Source: Chiloscyllium plagiosum (taxonomy: Eukaryota). Taken from it: a stretch of DNA of 64,000 bases. Location of the stretch: the NCBI RefSeq assembly GCF_004010195.1, contig NC_057718.1, positions 59,106,838 to 59,170,837 on the forward strand, given 5' to 3'. Of the stretch, positions 26,023-38,990 are shown one piece after another. The notes under the pieces were generated by a model. That model saw nothing but the letters and a program-made list of their open reading frames with translations. It had not been told where the DNA came from and did not search any database. The position numbers and the translations under genes are program-made. How positions within the stretch are numbered: position 1 is the stretch's first letter; every line of letters starts with the position of its first letter.

Positions 26023-26599
26023 TTTTTTTTGTTCTTTATTAGTAATGTTGTTTCTATTCATGTAATAAATACCACTCACTATTTTCAAATGAAATCAGAA
26101 TAACAACATAACTAAAGACACAAATACAGTATTAATTGATTACTACATTTTCCATCAATTACAGGTTTTAAATTGGGAGCGGGTAGGAGTAGAGAATTGA
26201 TCCTAATTGTTGTTTACAGAAGTGTAGAAAATAGGTTAATTCCCAGTAGTATTTAGTAACGAGTTTCCCTCCACTTTATAATTACTGTCTCCTCCAATCC
26301 CAGCATTCTGCCTCCAATCCCCACAATTGACTCCCCAAGCTGACTATCGCAGCTGCACCCGTTGACTTTCAGTGAACAGATTTCCAGGACAGACTGGCAA
26401 ATGGTTGTGACTGACAAGGAACAGCAGTCTTGATTGATGAGTGACCAAGCACCTGACTGATCACTGCAGCTCCCTGCCAGAGTTACTGCTAATTCCCAGA
26501 TTGGGTGGACTCGACACCCAGGACTGACTACGATCCACTCCCTGGACTGTAAGGATATGGGACCTATGACTGTGAATGCCCCAATTGACTTGACCATGT

Positions 26600-27620
26600 C
26601 CAATCCTTACAAGAAAGTCGTTGATGTAGCAGAGGAAAAGGTGGGGAGTGGCGCCTGGTGTAGCTGCAGAAGATGGACTGTTTCATGTACCCGACGAAGA
26701 GGCAGGCATAGGTGCAGCCCATGTGGATGCCCATGGCTACCCCTTTGATCTGAAGGAAGTGGGGGGATTCAAAGGAGAAGTTGTTGAGGGTGGAGGCCAG
26801 TTCCACCAATCAAATGAGTATGTCGATGGAGGGGTACTGGTTGGGTTGGTGGGAGACGAAGAAACTGAGGACTTGAAGGCTTTCGCCATAGTAGATGGGC
26901 ATGTACAGAGACTGGATGTCCATGACGAAGATGAGGCATTGGGGGCTGGGGAAAGGTAAGTTATGGAGGAGGTGGAGGGTGTGAATAGTGCTCCGAATGT
27001 ATGTGGGGAGTTGCTGGACCAAGGGGGCAGGACGGTGTCAAGGTATGAGGAGAAAATTTGGTGGGGCATGAGCAGGCTGAGACGATGGGTCGACTGGCGC
27101 AGGCAGGTTTGTGAATTTTGGGTAAAAGGTAGAACTGGAAGGTATGGGGTTCTGGGAATATGAGGTTGGAGGCTGTGGATGGGAGATCCCCTCAGGTGAT
27201 AAAGTTGTGGATGGTCTGGGATTGGGAGGAGGTTTGGTGATCGGAGGTGAGGTTGTGGTCAAGGGGGCAGTAGAAGAAGGTGTCTGTGAGTTGGGGCCTG
27301 GCTTCAGCAGTGTACAGATCAGTGTGCCAAACTACCACTGTGCTCCCCGTTTGTCCCCTGGTTTGATGGTAAGGCTGGGGTGAGAGTGAGGGGGCTGCGC
27401 ATTGCATGGGTGAGAGGGGTGGACAGGTTGAGGCGGTCAATGTCACGGCAGCCTTTGGAGATGAAGAGGTCGAGTGCGGGTAACAGACCAGCATTGGGTA
27501 TCCAAGTGGATAGAGTATTTTGGAGGCAGAAGAAGGGCAACTCAGAGTGTGGGTGGGAGTCCTGATGGAAAAAGTAAGTGTAGAGGCGGCAGAAGAAAAA
27601 TTCATTGACTCAATGCGTGT
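26600..27620 (-). mobile_element. Penelope-like element RT fragment
   Basis: TLNNFSFESPHFLQIKGVAMGIHMGCTYACLFVGY and LIFVMDIQSLY are PLE RT motifs. Confidence 0.92.
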
Positions 27621-28619
27621 GGAATTCGTTGGCCCAATCTGTACACTGATATTATAAATGACTTACTGTGGCAGTACCACCTGACTGAGCACAGTCCCCT
27701 TTGGTTTGACTGAAGACCACTCCCCTTAAAGTTTGAGACATGATGTTTATTTGAAGCACATTCAGTGTGTTGGCTGCATAAGCCACAGACACCGATTGCA
27801 GGGTAACTTTAGAATGATGCCATACAGCTGCTCCCTCGACTGACCATGGCTAGCAAACCTGACATGCTGCCTGGATTTGCATTTCCACTAAATGAGACTG
27901 CTGAAGTACTGTGAGCCTGCAGTTGTAAATGAGGCAGCAAAGTTCAAAAAGGCAAGGCAGAAATACAGTGAGCATTCAAGTGAGCACAATGTGAGTAGTG
28001 AGCGCTAAGAGAGCTAAGAATTCTGAGATACATTCTGTTCCAATGCATGAGCTGGATGTGTGTTCCTGTGGGCGGGGTAGCAGCAACTTTATTATCAAAG
28101 ATGTCTGTGAGCTCCAAAGTGCAGTAATGAAGTGATGAACTCTATGATAAGTAAGTTGATGATGAGCCATGAGGATGTGAGGCTGGTCCTTGGCTGATGC
28201 CAGTCTCTATGCAGAGAGGGTGCAAACAGTCACTACCCATGAACTGTATTCACATACCCGGGAATTCTGGCAGACCCCATTAAGCTGCAGCCACCTGGTA
28301 CCTTTGCTAACTTTATGTCAGGAATTGGCATCTTCTATTTTCTCTCCTGTACCCGAGAAAGTAGAAATCTGCGTACAAGCGAGGTGGAATTAGGTAAGAG
28401 TGAGGTGTTGATGTAGCAAATGGACTCCTTGTCACTCATCAGTGAAACTGTCATCTTTGCAAATGCAGAAAGTTAGTTTTCTTTTTTCTCAACATCAAAG
28501 CATCTCATTTTTCCATTCTTGCCATTTTTTTTCCAACAATTGCCATTGCTCACTTTGTTTACAGTGAGAAAATTCCACCCATTAACTCTTGTTCCTTTGT
28601 AACATTGAAAGTTAAGTTA

Positions 28620-28920
28620 ATCGTAGATTCCTACAGTGCAAAGTAGGCATTTTGGCTCCTCATGTCTACACTGACCCTCCAAAGAGCATTCCACCCAGAC
28701 CCAGACCCCTAGCATATTCCTGTCATCTCATTTACCACAGATAACCCACCTAGCCTGAACATAACTGGAAATTGTCAATCCACCTAACCTGTACATCTTC
28801 AGCATGTGAGGGGAAACCCAGGGTCGGGGCGCGGTGGAGGAGGAAATGTGCAAACTTGACATGGACACTTGCCCAAGGCTAGAATTGAACCTGGGTCCCT
28901 GGCGTCAGATCCCTGCCATC
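28620..28920 (-). mobile_element. Diverged HE1-type SINE
   Basis: V-domain remnants and gaattgaacctgggtccctgg (B-box on the minus strand). Confidence 0.75.
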
Positions 28921-29265
28921 CTAATTTTCTTAGAATTTAAGTATATGCAAGTGAAACATTGAAATTATTACTCAGTTTTCTGGCAGTTCTTATAAAATTG
29001 TATGATCTGCTCAACAGCAAGTGTCAATTAAATAGCTCCTTCATTCATAAAAGTAGCAGGTTATTTCCCAGGAGAGTTTTCAGATAAAATTAGATAGTAC
29101 AGACAATAAGGATTTGTGACAAATCACCAAAAGCTTTGTCAAAGAGATGGAGAGACTCCAATATAAACTACACTGCTTGCTTTATGTCAGCATTCTCAGT
29201 AGTTTGAAGTTTGTTTTTTTTTAAATGAGTTAGCAATTTTAATTACTTGTTCTTGGATTTCGCAG

Positions 29266-29349
29266 GTAATAATGTTTCAATAAATATAGAAGTGGATCCA
29301 CGGCATCCTAAAATGTTGCCTGAATGCTGCTTCCTTGGTGCTGATCATG
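29266..29349 (+). CDS. FANCL: FANCL coding exon (exon 9 equivalent)
   Basis: cgcag|GT AAT...CAT G|gtatgt. 84 bp, (G)NNVSINIEVDPRHPKMLPECCFLGADH. Confidence 0.97.
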
Positions 29350-29443
29350 GTATGTGACCCTCTTGAAATGGGTTCCTGCTTTTCAAATTTTTTGCATATT
29401 GCACTCATCTTGTAAAATATTAACCATACTGATTTGATCCTAG

Positions 29444-29489
29444 TGGTAACTCCACTGAGAAATAAACTGAACGCCAACATGCATCTTTG
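29444..29489 (+). CDS. FANCL: FANCL coding exon (exon 10 equivalent)
   Basis: cctag|TG GTA...CTT TG|gtaagc. 46 bp, (V)VTPLRNKLNANMHL(W). Confidence 0.94.
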
Positions 29490-29603
29490 GTAAGCAGTAT
29501 TCAAATATTGGTCTCATCTGAGCGCTTGATGAAAAGCAATTGCCTTCTGCACCTCATGGTTAAAGGAAAAACTTTGCAATTAAATATAGGATATGCTTTT
29601 CAG

Positions 29604-29685
29604 GTCTCCAGAGTGCACCGTGCTGCAAAATCTAAAGGATATGTTGGAGGTAGACTTTCCATCCCCGGACAGCCATGAAAAGTCT
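29604..29685 (+). CDS. FANCL: FANCL coding exon (exon 11 equivalent)
   Basis: ttttcag|G TCT...AAG TCT|gtaagt. 82 bp, (W)SPECTVLQNLKDMLEVDFPSPDSHEKS. Confidence 0.95.
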
Positions 29686-32179
29686 GTAAGTTACAGCCAT
29701 TGTCTGATCATTAGGGAAAACTAAAAATTGCAGATAATGCAGTTTTCTGGGGACTATATTGAGCTTTTAAAATATGTACATGGCTTCAATGTTGTAAAGG
29801 ATGTCTAAAGTTTTCACTTCAGATTTCTGCAAATTTCTGCAGCATTGAAGAGAATTATGGGGAGCACACAAAACTTGAAAAGTATTTGTATATATGTTTT
29901 TCTTTGGGAGGATATTTTATGGAAGTGGCACCTGTAAAGTAGAAATAGCCCTCCATATACATTGAGATAAAGTGAAGGCAGTAGGCGATTTAAAGCAATA
30001 TAAATTGTATTGCATGTCAAAAGCCTGTGCTGTTCTTCATTTCTAAACGTTACTATCGAAGCAAAATTCTTATTTTGTCTGTTAAGCATGTTTACAAACA
30101 CAATACTGAAGAAACTCACCATGTTTGTGGCGAGATAAACAATATTAATGTTTTGAGTCTGGTCTGATTTCTTCAGAACTAAAACATGTTTACATGTTCC
30201 TGCTATAAAGGAAGGCAATAATCACCACTGCATGTAAATATGTTACTTCTCAAAGATTTATAAGATCTGCTACAAATACAACTCGTCAATTATGCAAGTA
30301 AGCTGAAATTATTGTGCAAATGTGGAATTTATTTATTAATTTAAATTTTTTCTGAAAAATGAATGAATGCAGGTAGTTAAACAAGCTTTGCCACTTCATT
30401 TCTCACTCAGTCTATTGGCTGTCTACCACTCAAAAGATGCATAATTAGAAGAACGTTGTTAGTCACACAGACTGGTCACTCCTGCACTATGCTAATACAC
30501 TCTATCTTAGACTGGAAGAAAATGCCTTCAAGTATGAGACTCTTTTATGTCTTCTAACTAGTCAGGAAATGGCATTGATATCTGATTACTGGATATTCTA
30601 ATAGCAATAGTATGGGAAATGTAGATTTCTCCATTCTACAAGAGCTATAACTGCAAATTATGTTTCTATCAATTTTCCATAAAAATAAGTGCAATTATTA
30701 TTACAAATCTAAAAAAAAATTGTACATAAGATTAACACTTAAATCTTTAATTTGTAAAACACTGGAATGCATGTGTAGTTGAAATAGTTTTAGTTAAAAT
30801 CAGAACTTTTTTGCTTCAAAACTTCAAGGAAGGCTTTTGGAAAATGTATTTATTAGCTTAATATTCACTTAATATTTGATGGTCCCTTGAAATAAATTAA
30901 ATTTCAAATGTACCTACATGCTTTCAGGCCAATCATACTCATTAGACAAGGGGCTGATATTCAATACATTTCATTAACTGAAAATTACAAAATGGTGGAT
31001 GTAGAGTTCTGCACACATCAAAAAATTAATATAATTCATAATCACATCATGGGAGATAATGACATTTGCATTCAATTTTTGCATCCTTCCTGTTTATATA
31101 TTTATCTTCCTTGGAGTATTCTTTTCTTAACACTTGCCTTGCAATTTGTCAAAAGTGACATTTTTTCCTTCTAGCTAGCCAGTAAATTGTGAATTGCTTG
31201 TACTTAGCCTAAACCAAAATCTTCTGACTATCACATCATGTTAAAAAAGAAGATAATGACATATCAGGTAGTAATTTGTTTTTTCCTCTGCTCATCCATC
31301 CAGAAAGATTCTCAAGTCCTTCTGTTGCATCATCCAACTATGTCAAGATTTTTTTCCACATTTATTAATTGGAACTTTCTTTCACGTGTTCAGAGTTCTG
31401 TGTGTGTGAAGAAAGACTTCTTGATATCAGTTCTAAAAATAGCCTTTTACTAGTTTCAATCTCTGATCCTTATTCTGCTTTTGAAAGGTAAAGTAGTGTT
31501 CTGTATGTGCTGCAATATCATGAGTAACTTTTTTTATGAGATCATATGTTCCGTTTCATTTTTAGATGGAAAAGTTCCTAGTTCTGGAGTGTTTTCTACT
31601 AACGCCTGATATAGATCAATCTTTTTGCTCTCCACATTTCTCTAACGGAGGTGGATTTTCAACTGTGCCATCTCAGAAACACCATCTTTTCATAAGACAT
31701 TTTATAAATGTCCAGATTTTTACCTATTATGCCCCATAACCCAACTGTCCAGGCAGCTCTCTCTTATTTAGAGGTCAGAGCATAAGCAGTGTTCAAGCTG
31801 CAGTCTAACGAGAGCACTGATGTTTGACCAGTTATCTTCTGACTTCTAATCAAGTGTCTTGGATTTGTTCCACATTCATTTGCAGCTCTACATTTGTTAG
31901 CATGTTTGTCATGGAGTCAACAAAGAGTCCCTAAGGTTTGCTTAATTTGTTTTCTTAGGGATTGAAAGATCATTTGTAGTATGTGTGTCTTTCTACTTGA
32001 GAGTACTTGATTCATATTGCATTCCATTTGTTCTTACCTTTTGTATATTCTGGAGCTGGCAGTTCCCTGTGCATTGGTCATGGAATCATAGAATGGGTAA
32101 AGGTCAGAAAGAGGTTGGTCAAGCTTTCATGCCTGTGCCGACACCTTGAAAAAGCAGTTTGTATCCTTTAAGATTAGGG

Positions 32180-32830
32180 GGCCAGCAGTGTGGCAATAAT
32201 GTCACTGGACTGATAATCCAGAACCCTGGGATGATGGTTCATAATCACATCATGGGAGATAATGACATTTGCATTCAATTTTAAATGTCTGGAATGAAAA
32301 GCTAGCCAAATAGTGACCATAAATAATGTCTTTTGTCATTTAAACCCATCTGGATCACTAATGTCCTGTAGAGAAGGAAATCTTACCATCCTTATCTGGT
32401 CTGACCTACAAGGGGTGGCACGGTGGTCACAGTGCCAGAGACCTGGGTTTGCTTCCACACTCGAGTGACTGTTTGTGTGGAGTTTGCATATTCTCTGTGT
32501 GGGTTTCCTCCGGGTGTTCTGGTTTCCTCCCTCAGTCCAAAGATGTGCAGTTTAAGTGGATTGTCCATCGTGTCCAGGGATGTGTAGGTTAAATGGATTT
32601 GCCATGATAGGTGCAGCATTACAGAGATAGGGTAGGAGGCTGGGGCTAGGTCTGGGTGGGATGCTCTTTGGAAGATCGGTGTAGACTCAATGGGCTGAAT
32701 AGCCTGCTTCCACACTGTAAGGGTTTTAATCATTCTCATCTAATCATGTGGTTAACTCTTTACTGCCCTCTGGGCATTTATGGATAGGCAATAAATACTG
32801 GCCTAGCCAGTGATGCCCATATCCCATGAA
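32180..32830 (+). mobile_element. tRNA-derived SINE with a nested HE1-type V-SINE (~32413-32745)
   Basis: The outer SINE resumes after the insert (tggttaactctttactgccctctgggca...gccagtgatgcccatatcccatgaat). The inner copy starts ggggtggcacggtgg and has a V-domain. Confidence 0.8.
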
Positions 32831-34480
32831 TTATTAACAAAAAAATTAGTAAAGTATATTATCTAGTCATTTTCATATTGTTGTTTATGTTAACTTAGTG
32901 TATACAAATTGACTACTGTACAAGTTGCTACACATCAAACATAGTTCAGATGTTATTCTGGGTCATCATTAGGTCAAAGAAAGCACAATGTAAATATGAG
33001 TTTGTTCTTTTTCTTTCCAAAGCATTTTAATTCCACTTCTTAGTTTGGCATTGCCTACCCATTTGACTAGTTTTACATTGAACTGAATTTGGGCCATCTG
33101 TTAGTGGGAAAGCAGACCAGGTCAACCCATAATTAAGGATACTGTACATTGACTGCATACTAATCAGGCCATACATCCCTAGCCACACCACAATTTTATA
33201 AGTGATAGCAGAGGCACTGTGAATCACCTGATTGTCGCCCAGTTGAGCGGTCAATTAATGTCCATGTAAGACCTCACACTGCCATCGCTTTGATTTAATG
33301 GTTAGCAAGAAAGGCCTGAACTCAAATTGCACAATAAGTTTAGTAATTTGGCATACTATCATTTAAAGAGGTAAGCTGCCTCTTGCCAGGTTGCAAATAC
33401 CAATCAGAGGCTTCTTTTGCAGTTCTGAAACTACACATCCACGCCCTCTCTCCCTTCCCTGCCCAATATTCCCACCACCACTCTCTTTGTTGGACATGTC
33501 AGATTGAGTACAATGGGATCTCAGAAATACCTAAAGTCTGTCTGTCACTCAAAACCATCTCCTCAGCAAATACCAGTAGTCTCCAGTTGTACGGTGCTGT
33601 CAGTATGCAGAGATCCCAGCCTTCAGTTGAGGCCAGCACTTCCATGAAATGGAACATCTTTCGAGAGAAATGAAAGGCTGTACCTAAAAAAGTAAAAGCG
33701 TGCGAGGCCACTAAACAGAGGCAGATTCTCCCCTTAACTTTCAAAGGTGCGTAAGACCTACACTCAACATATGATCTATTCTGTTTTCAATCAGGGCAGT
33801 TAGTATCTGAAAAACAATAGTGGCAAGACCCAATGCACCTCATTTCTTATCTGATTTTCCTCTGACATTCTGTTTCCAGTGAGTAGTTTCTTACTGAAGA
33901 TGTAAAGGGAAAAAAGGCTTACGTTTATGTAGCGTGTCTTATAACATCCTTGCAACATTCAATTATGATCAACTGTCCCAGTTGTTGCCCAGTTGATATA
34001 TTACCTAATGAGTCAGATTCCTGACAGGAAGCTGGCTGGCTTGATCATAATTTTTGTAACCAAACTGATCTTTTATTAAAACATAAACATGCAATGTTTC
34101 AATCTTTGTTTTAATAATACAACTAAACAGAAGTTATTAACAAAGACACGAAGATAAACAAGAAACAAAATCATTCCAATCCTTTATAAAACAGATTAAA
34201 AGATTTTTAAGTACAAATGAGAAATAATCCAAGCACTCATTACAAATTGAACAGAAACAACAGCTTTGTATTGTAACTAGTATGCACTGGTACATTGTAC
34301 AAACATTGTCGCAGCTCTTAGAACATTCAATACTTTGCCAATAGCAAAACATCATCTAGCTCTATACCAAGGGAGAGAGAATTTTTTAAATACTTTGATG
34401 TGCTTCAAGTAATTAAAATTTCAACTCATCTGCTGGAACTGTAGATAGGTTTTTTCTAATTGTTATTACTATGCTTCTGA

Positions 34481-34709
34481 AGAGAAAATGAGGTCTGCAG
34501 ATGCTGGAGATCAGAGATGGAAATGTGTTGCTGGAGAAGCGCAGCAGGTCAGGCAGTATCTAGGGAACAGGAGAATCGACGTTTCGGGCATTAGCCCTTC
34601 TTCAGGACTCATTAGCCCTTCTCCATTCCTGAAGAAGGGCTAATGCCCGAAACGTCGATTCTCCTGTTCCCTAGATGCTGCCTGACCTGCTGCGCTTCTC
34701 CAGCAACAC
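34481..34709. mobile_element. Palindromic Penelope terminal-repeat mini-element with two inverted hammerhead cores
   Basis: 84-bp inverted arms (34524-34607 and 34627-34710, 1 mismatch). 16-bp TSD attactatgcttctga at 34465 and 34710. Confidence 0.9.
34629..34656 (+). ncRNA. Minimal type I hammerhead ribozyme core (mirror copy on - strand at 34578-34605)
   Basis: CTGAAGA-a-GGGC taat GCCC-GAAAC-GTC. Confidence 0.7.
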
Positions 34710-35564
34710 ATTACTATGCTTCTGACCTAGCTTCTTTCAAGTGCTGACCTATCTCTGACACAGCTTTGATTTCTTTTCTTCTTTTCTTTTAAAACTTCAA
34801 GACCTTAATCTCACTTATTTACCCAACTGTCACCTGTATCCCAATACTGTGGTATGAGATTCATTCTAACTTTGTATGCTAAAATAATGTAAGTACTTTA
34901 AACTCTTTTACTTTGGAATGCTACTACAGCAAATGTACCTCCATCGAAAGACTTCTCAGCAGTTCAGAGCTTGATACCTGCTTCACTCTTGAACAACCTC
35001 CCAGCAGCGAGTAAATGTGGAAGTCAAGTTTGGATCAGTCTTGTCTTCCTCCAGCACCTCCCCCTGCCCCAGTCAACTGGATGGTCCCCTAGAAACTCTG
35101 TGTAACTTTCTCTCATTTGGAATTATGGCTGTTGTAACTTTTTAAAGCAAATTATTCACTAAACAAAAAAACACATGGTTCAGTTTGAGTTCCAAGAACT
35201 CTGGTTTGCAATAAAAATATTTAAAAACATATATATACCTCAGTTTCAAAATACTTAATAACAAATAAATTACTTTTCAAGGATTTCTGGAATAATATTG
35301 TTGATGTCCTTGTTGAGAAATCAGTCAGCAGCCTCTCTACTATTGTCAACTGCAAACCTACCTTCCAAGTCAGTAAACCTTTTGGGATTCTTACACTTTT
35401 GCATGCTCTAAGATAGGCCTTATCAGCAAATTAGTAAATGGGACATGAGCAATTTGTCCTTTCGTAAACATATTTGGTAACTGGGCCTCAATATCCAATC
35501 TCTGGCTTATTCATCAAGGTAATGACTTGATCAATCAGAATTAAACTGTCTGATTTAAAGATCT

Positions 35565-35683
35565 AGGAGAAAGTGAGGACTGCAGACGCTGGAGATCTGA
35601 GTCAAAAGGTGTGGTGCTGGAAAAGCACAGCCGGTCAGGCAGCATCCGAGGAGCAGGAGAGTCAATGTTTCAAATATAAGCTC
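35565..35683 (-). mobile_element. Solo Penelope terminal-repeat insertion
   Basis: ggagaaagtgaggactgcagacgctggag...; imperfect 12-bp TSD atttaaag[a/g]tct at 35553 and 35684. Confidence 0.78.
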
Positions 35684-36227
35684 ATTTAAAGGTCTGACAG
35701 GCAGCCATGTGGAAAATTAACAATGCATCAGTTTTTCTGATGTTGGTTGATGGACAAATTAATTGCTTTTCATAGAAAATCTAGTTAAAATTTATCGAAG
35801 GAGTTGATGAGTTTGGTGAGGTCAGATTTTCCTCTTCCAAGTTCAAGTTAATTGATATATTACTATACAGATCAACATAGAGGTTATTTCTCACAGTCTT
35901 TATTTGGTGTGGATTGGAAGTAAGGCTGTTGGGTTTGAGATTGCCCAAACTTGTTTTGTCATCCTATTTCAATATGGGTACCATGTTTCCAATCCAAGGA
36001 TGCTTTCTCTGTTCCCATTGACTACTTCATCATGATGGTCAGTACTTTAGAATTCCTTGCTCATCACTCTCAGCACTATGGTATAAACAGAATATATGTC
36101 AGTGAATATATTTGTTTTGAATTGCTTTGTAATCTTTCTAGTTCCAGTTATTATCAGAACTTTAATTTTACCCAGCAAATCTTAAATTTGTCTGTTGATC
36201 ATCTTGTCACTTGGATGAACTAATCAC

Positions 36228-36680
36228 TCAAATTTGATTTATTTATTGTCACATGTATCAAAGTACAGTAAAAAGTTTTGTTTATGAGCAGTGCAGGCAT
36301 ATCATAGTCAGCAAAGCCAGATCATAGGGTGAGGAAAAAAAAACTTAGAGGTGATGTTGTACAGGCCGTGCACTAGGCAAGATCAGCATTATTTGAAGTT
36401 AGAAAGTCCATTTGTCAGTCTAATAACGGCTGAGAAGAAGTTGCTCTTGAACTTGCTGGTGAGTGTGTTCAAGCTTCTGTATCTTCTGCCTGACAGAAGA
36501 GGTCATAGGAGACCATTACCGGGGTGCGATGGGGATTTGATGTTGGCAGCTTTTCCACAGCAATAAGCTGTGTAAATGGAGTCCATGGATGGAAGGTTGA
36601 CTTCCATGGTGGTCTGGCTTGTGCATGCAACCTTCTGTTGACTGTATTGACTATTTTGTGGTCACTCTGCTTTGAGTCCA
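36228..36680 (-). mobile_element. Rex1/Babar-type LINE 3' fragment
   Basis: Minus strand encodes ..LSGRRYRSLNTLTSKFKSNFFSAVIRL, typical of Rex1 C-termini, and ends in an aataaat-like tail. Confidence 0.75.
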
Positions 36681-37102
36681 TTTAGACTTTTCATGGTTTT
36701 CACCTCTTAGTACTCCCTGCTGGGCGTCGAGAATAATTTAAATATTACATTTCTCTTTGACTATTGTGGTTTTTATTTGTGAAAATAAACATTTCCAAAA
36801 ATAGTTTTGGGGAATCTGCTGTGATTATTTTGGTGAAAAGCATATGAGCAAACTGTAGTTACAAGAAAAAAATTTGGGAAATTATTTAATTGAGGTGTTC
36901 TGCTCATCATATCGGCAGAGCTGAAGTACCATCAATGCTGTTTGAAGTTTGTGGGACAGTGCAGATATTGTCAGTACATTTTAAAGCTAATGTATATAAG
37001 GTATTATATTTATCAAAATGACTTTGTTCTTTGGAGTTTATGATCCAGGCAGTGTAGATGAATTCTTAAAAGAAGCCAATTTTCTTTATATTTATTTGAC
37101 AG

Positions 37103-37219
37103 AGTTTCAGTATGGAATGTGGAATCTGTTATGCATACCGTCTGGCTTCATCCATACCGGATCAAGTGTGTGATGACCCACGCTGTGGTCAGCCATTCCA
37201 TCAAGAGTGCCTTTATGAG
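37103..37219 (+). CDS. FANCL: FANCL coding exon (exon 12 equivalent, RING N-half)
   Basis: gacag|AGT...GAG|gtgagt. 117 bp, SFSMECGICYAYRLASSIPDQVCDDPRCGQPFHQECLYE, with C4HC3 RING ligands. Confidence 0.98.
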
Positions 37220-37349
37220 GTGAGTAGAACTTAAAAACACATCTCAAAAAAAAAAACAAGTTACAACTTGTTTCTTTGTGTACTGCATAAAGTTTCTTAA
37301 TGTGTATTTGACACTATCTTGTTAATTATTGAAATGTTCAATCCTGCAG

Positions 37350-37421
37350 TGGTTACGAGGGCTACCTCATTCAAGACAGAGCTTTAACGTCATTTTTGGA
37401 GAATGTCCTTATTGCAATAAG
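37350..37421 (+). CDS. FANCL: FANCL coding exon (exon 13 equivalent, RING C-half)
   Basis: ctgcag|TGG...AAG|gtaaga. 72 bp, WLRGLPHSRQSFNVIFGECPYCNK, including the conserved E2-binding Trp. Confidence 0.98.
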
Positions 37422-37489
37422 GTAAGAACAGATTAATGATCAGAAACTAAATTGTGTACAAGAGAATGATCTATCTTGTCTCCTTCTGA

Positions 37490-38990
37490 GGTACTCAACA
37501 TCACAGATGTTAGCCTTCAGCCAATTTAATTCACTCCACATGATATAAAGAAACAGTTGAACTTGGTGCAAATGTTATGAGCCCTGAAAGCATTCCAACA
37601 ATGGCAGTGAAGACTTGTGCTCCAGAACAAGGATGCCTCTGTTTGACCTGTTTCAGCACAGTTACAACAGTGGCAATACTCACCAATCTGGAAATTATTC
37701 AACTATATCCTTTTCACAAAACCAGGTCAAATTCATCCTGGTCAATTATAACACCATCAGTCTACTTGCAATTATCAGAATAGTGATATCAGATGGCACA
37801 AACTCAACAATAACCTGCTCATTTTCACTCAGTTGGGCTCATCCAGGCTTCCCCCTTCATCACAGACTCGGTCCAAACATGGACAAAAAAAGTCAAGCTC
37901 AAATGAGGATGACTGCCTTTGAATGAGTGTGGCATCAATGCGCTTGATCAAAACTGGAGCCAATAGGAATCTGGGAGAAAACTGTGCTGGTTGGAGTCAT
38001 ACCTGGACCAAAGGATAATGGTTTTGGTTGTTGAAGATCAATCATCTCCATTCCAGGACATCACTGCAGGAGTTTTAGGTAGTACCCTAGACCCAATCAG
38101 CTCCAACTGCTTAATTAATAAACTTTCCTCTATCATAAAGCCTAAATTAGGGATGTGCATGGATGATTATACAATGTTTAGCACATTCACGACTCTTTGG
38201 ATGCTGAAGCAGTTGCCCATGTGCTGTAAAGCCTGGACAATATTCTGACTCGGGCTGATAAGTGGCAAGTAACATTTGTGCCACACAAGTAACAAGCAAT
38301 AAAGACCTCCAACAAGAGCAAATCCAGTTGTCACCCCATGATATAGCACTGCCATTACTGAATTCCCCCGCATCCTGGGGTTTCTATTGACCAGAAACTG
38401 AATTGGATAGCCATATAAGTACTGTGGCTACAGGAACAGATTGGAAGTTGGGAATTCTGCCAAAAGTAACTCACCACCTGATTCCACAAAGCTTGCCTAC
38501 CATTTGTGAGACACAAGTTACTTGCCTGGATGAGTGCTATTCCAACAATACTCAGGAAACTTGACACCATCCAAGACAAACCAGCCAACTCGATTGACAC
38601 TGCATCCACTAATTTCAACATTCGCTTCCTTCACATCCGAGAGCATTGGCAGTATTGTGTACCATCTACAAGATGCATTGTAACAACTCTCATCAAGGCT
38701 CGATAGACAGCACCTTCCAAACACACCGTCTTTACTACCTAGAATGAACACTACCCAAATGCAAGATCCCCTCCAAGCCACAAATCATCTCATTTAAAAC
38801 TATATTGCTATTCTTTCACAGTCGCTGGGACAAAATCCTGGACTCATTCCTTAACAATATTGTGGATGTAATTGAATGGACTGTATCAGTTCACAAAAGT
38901 GGCTTGCCACCACCTTCTCAAGGGAAATTTGAGATGGTAAATAAATGCTGGTCTGGTCAGCAACAACCTCATCCCATGAATAAATGAAAA
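37490..38990 (+). mobile_element. Decayed CR1/L2-group LINE
   Basis: ESYLDQRIMVLVVEDQSS..DDYTMF and LRKLDTIQDKPA, plus a 3' tail. Confidence 0.85.

Noticed and set aside
29350..29443. U12-type intron (weak pyrimidine tract)
   Set aside because: The 5' site is gtatgt, not GTATCCTT, and there is no TCCTTAAC branch point.
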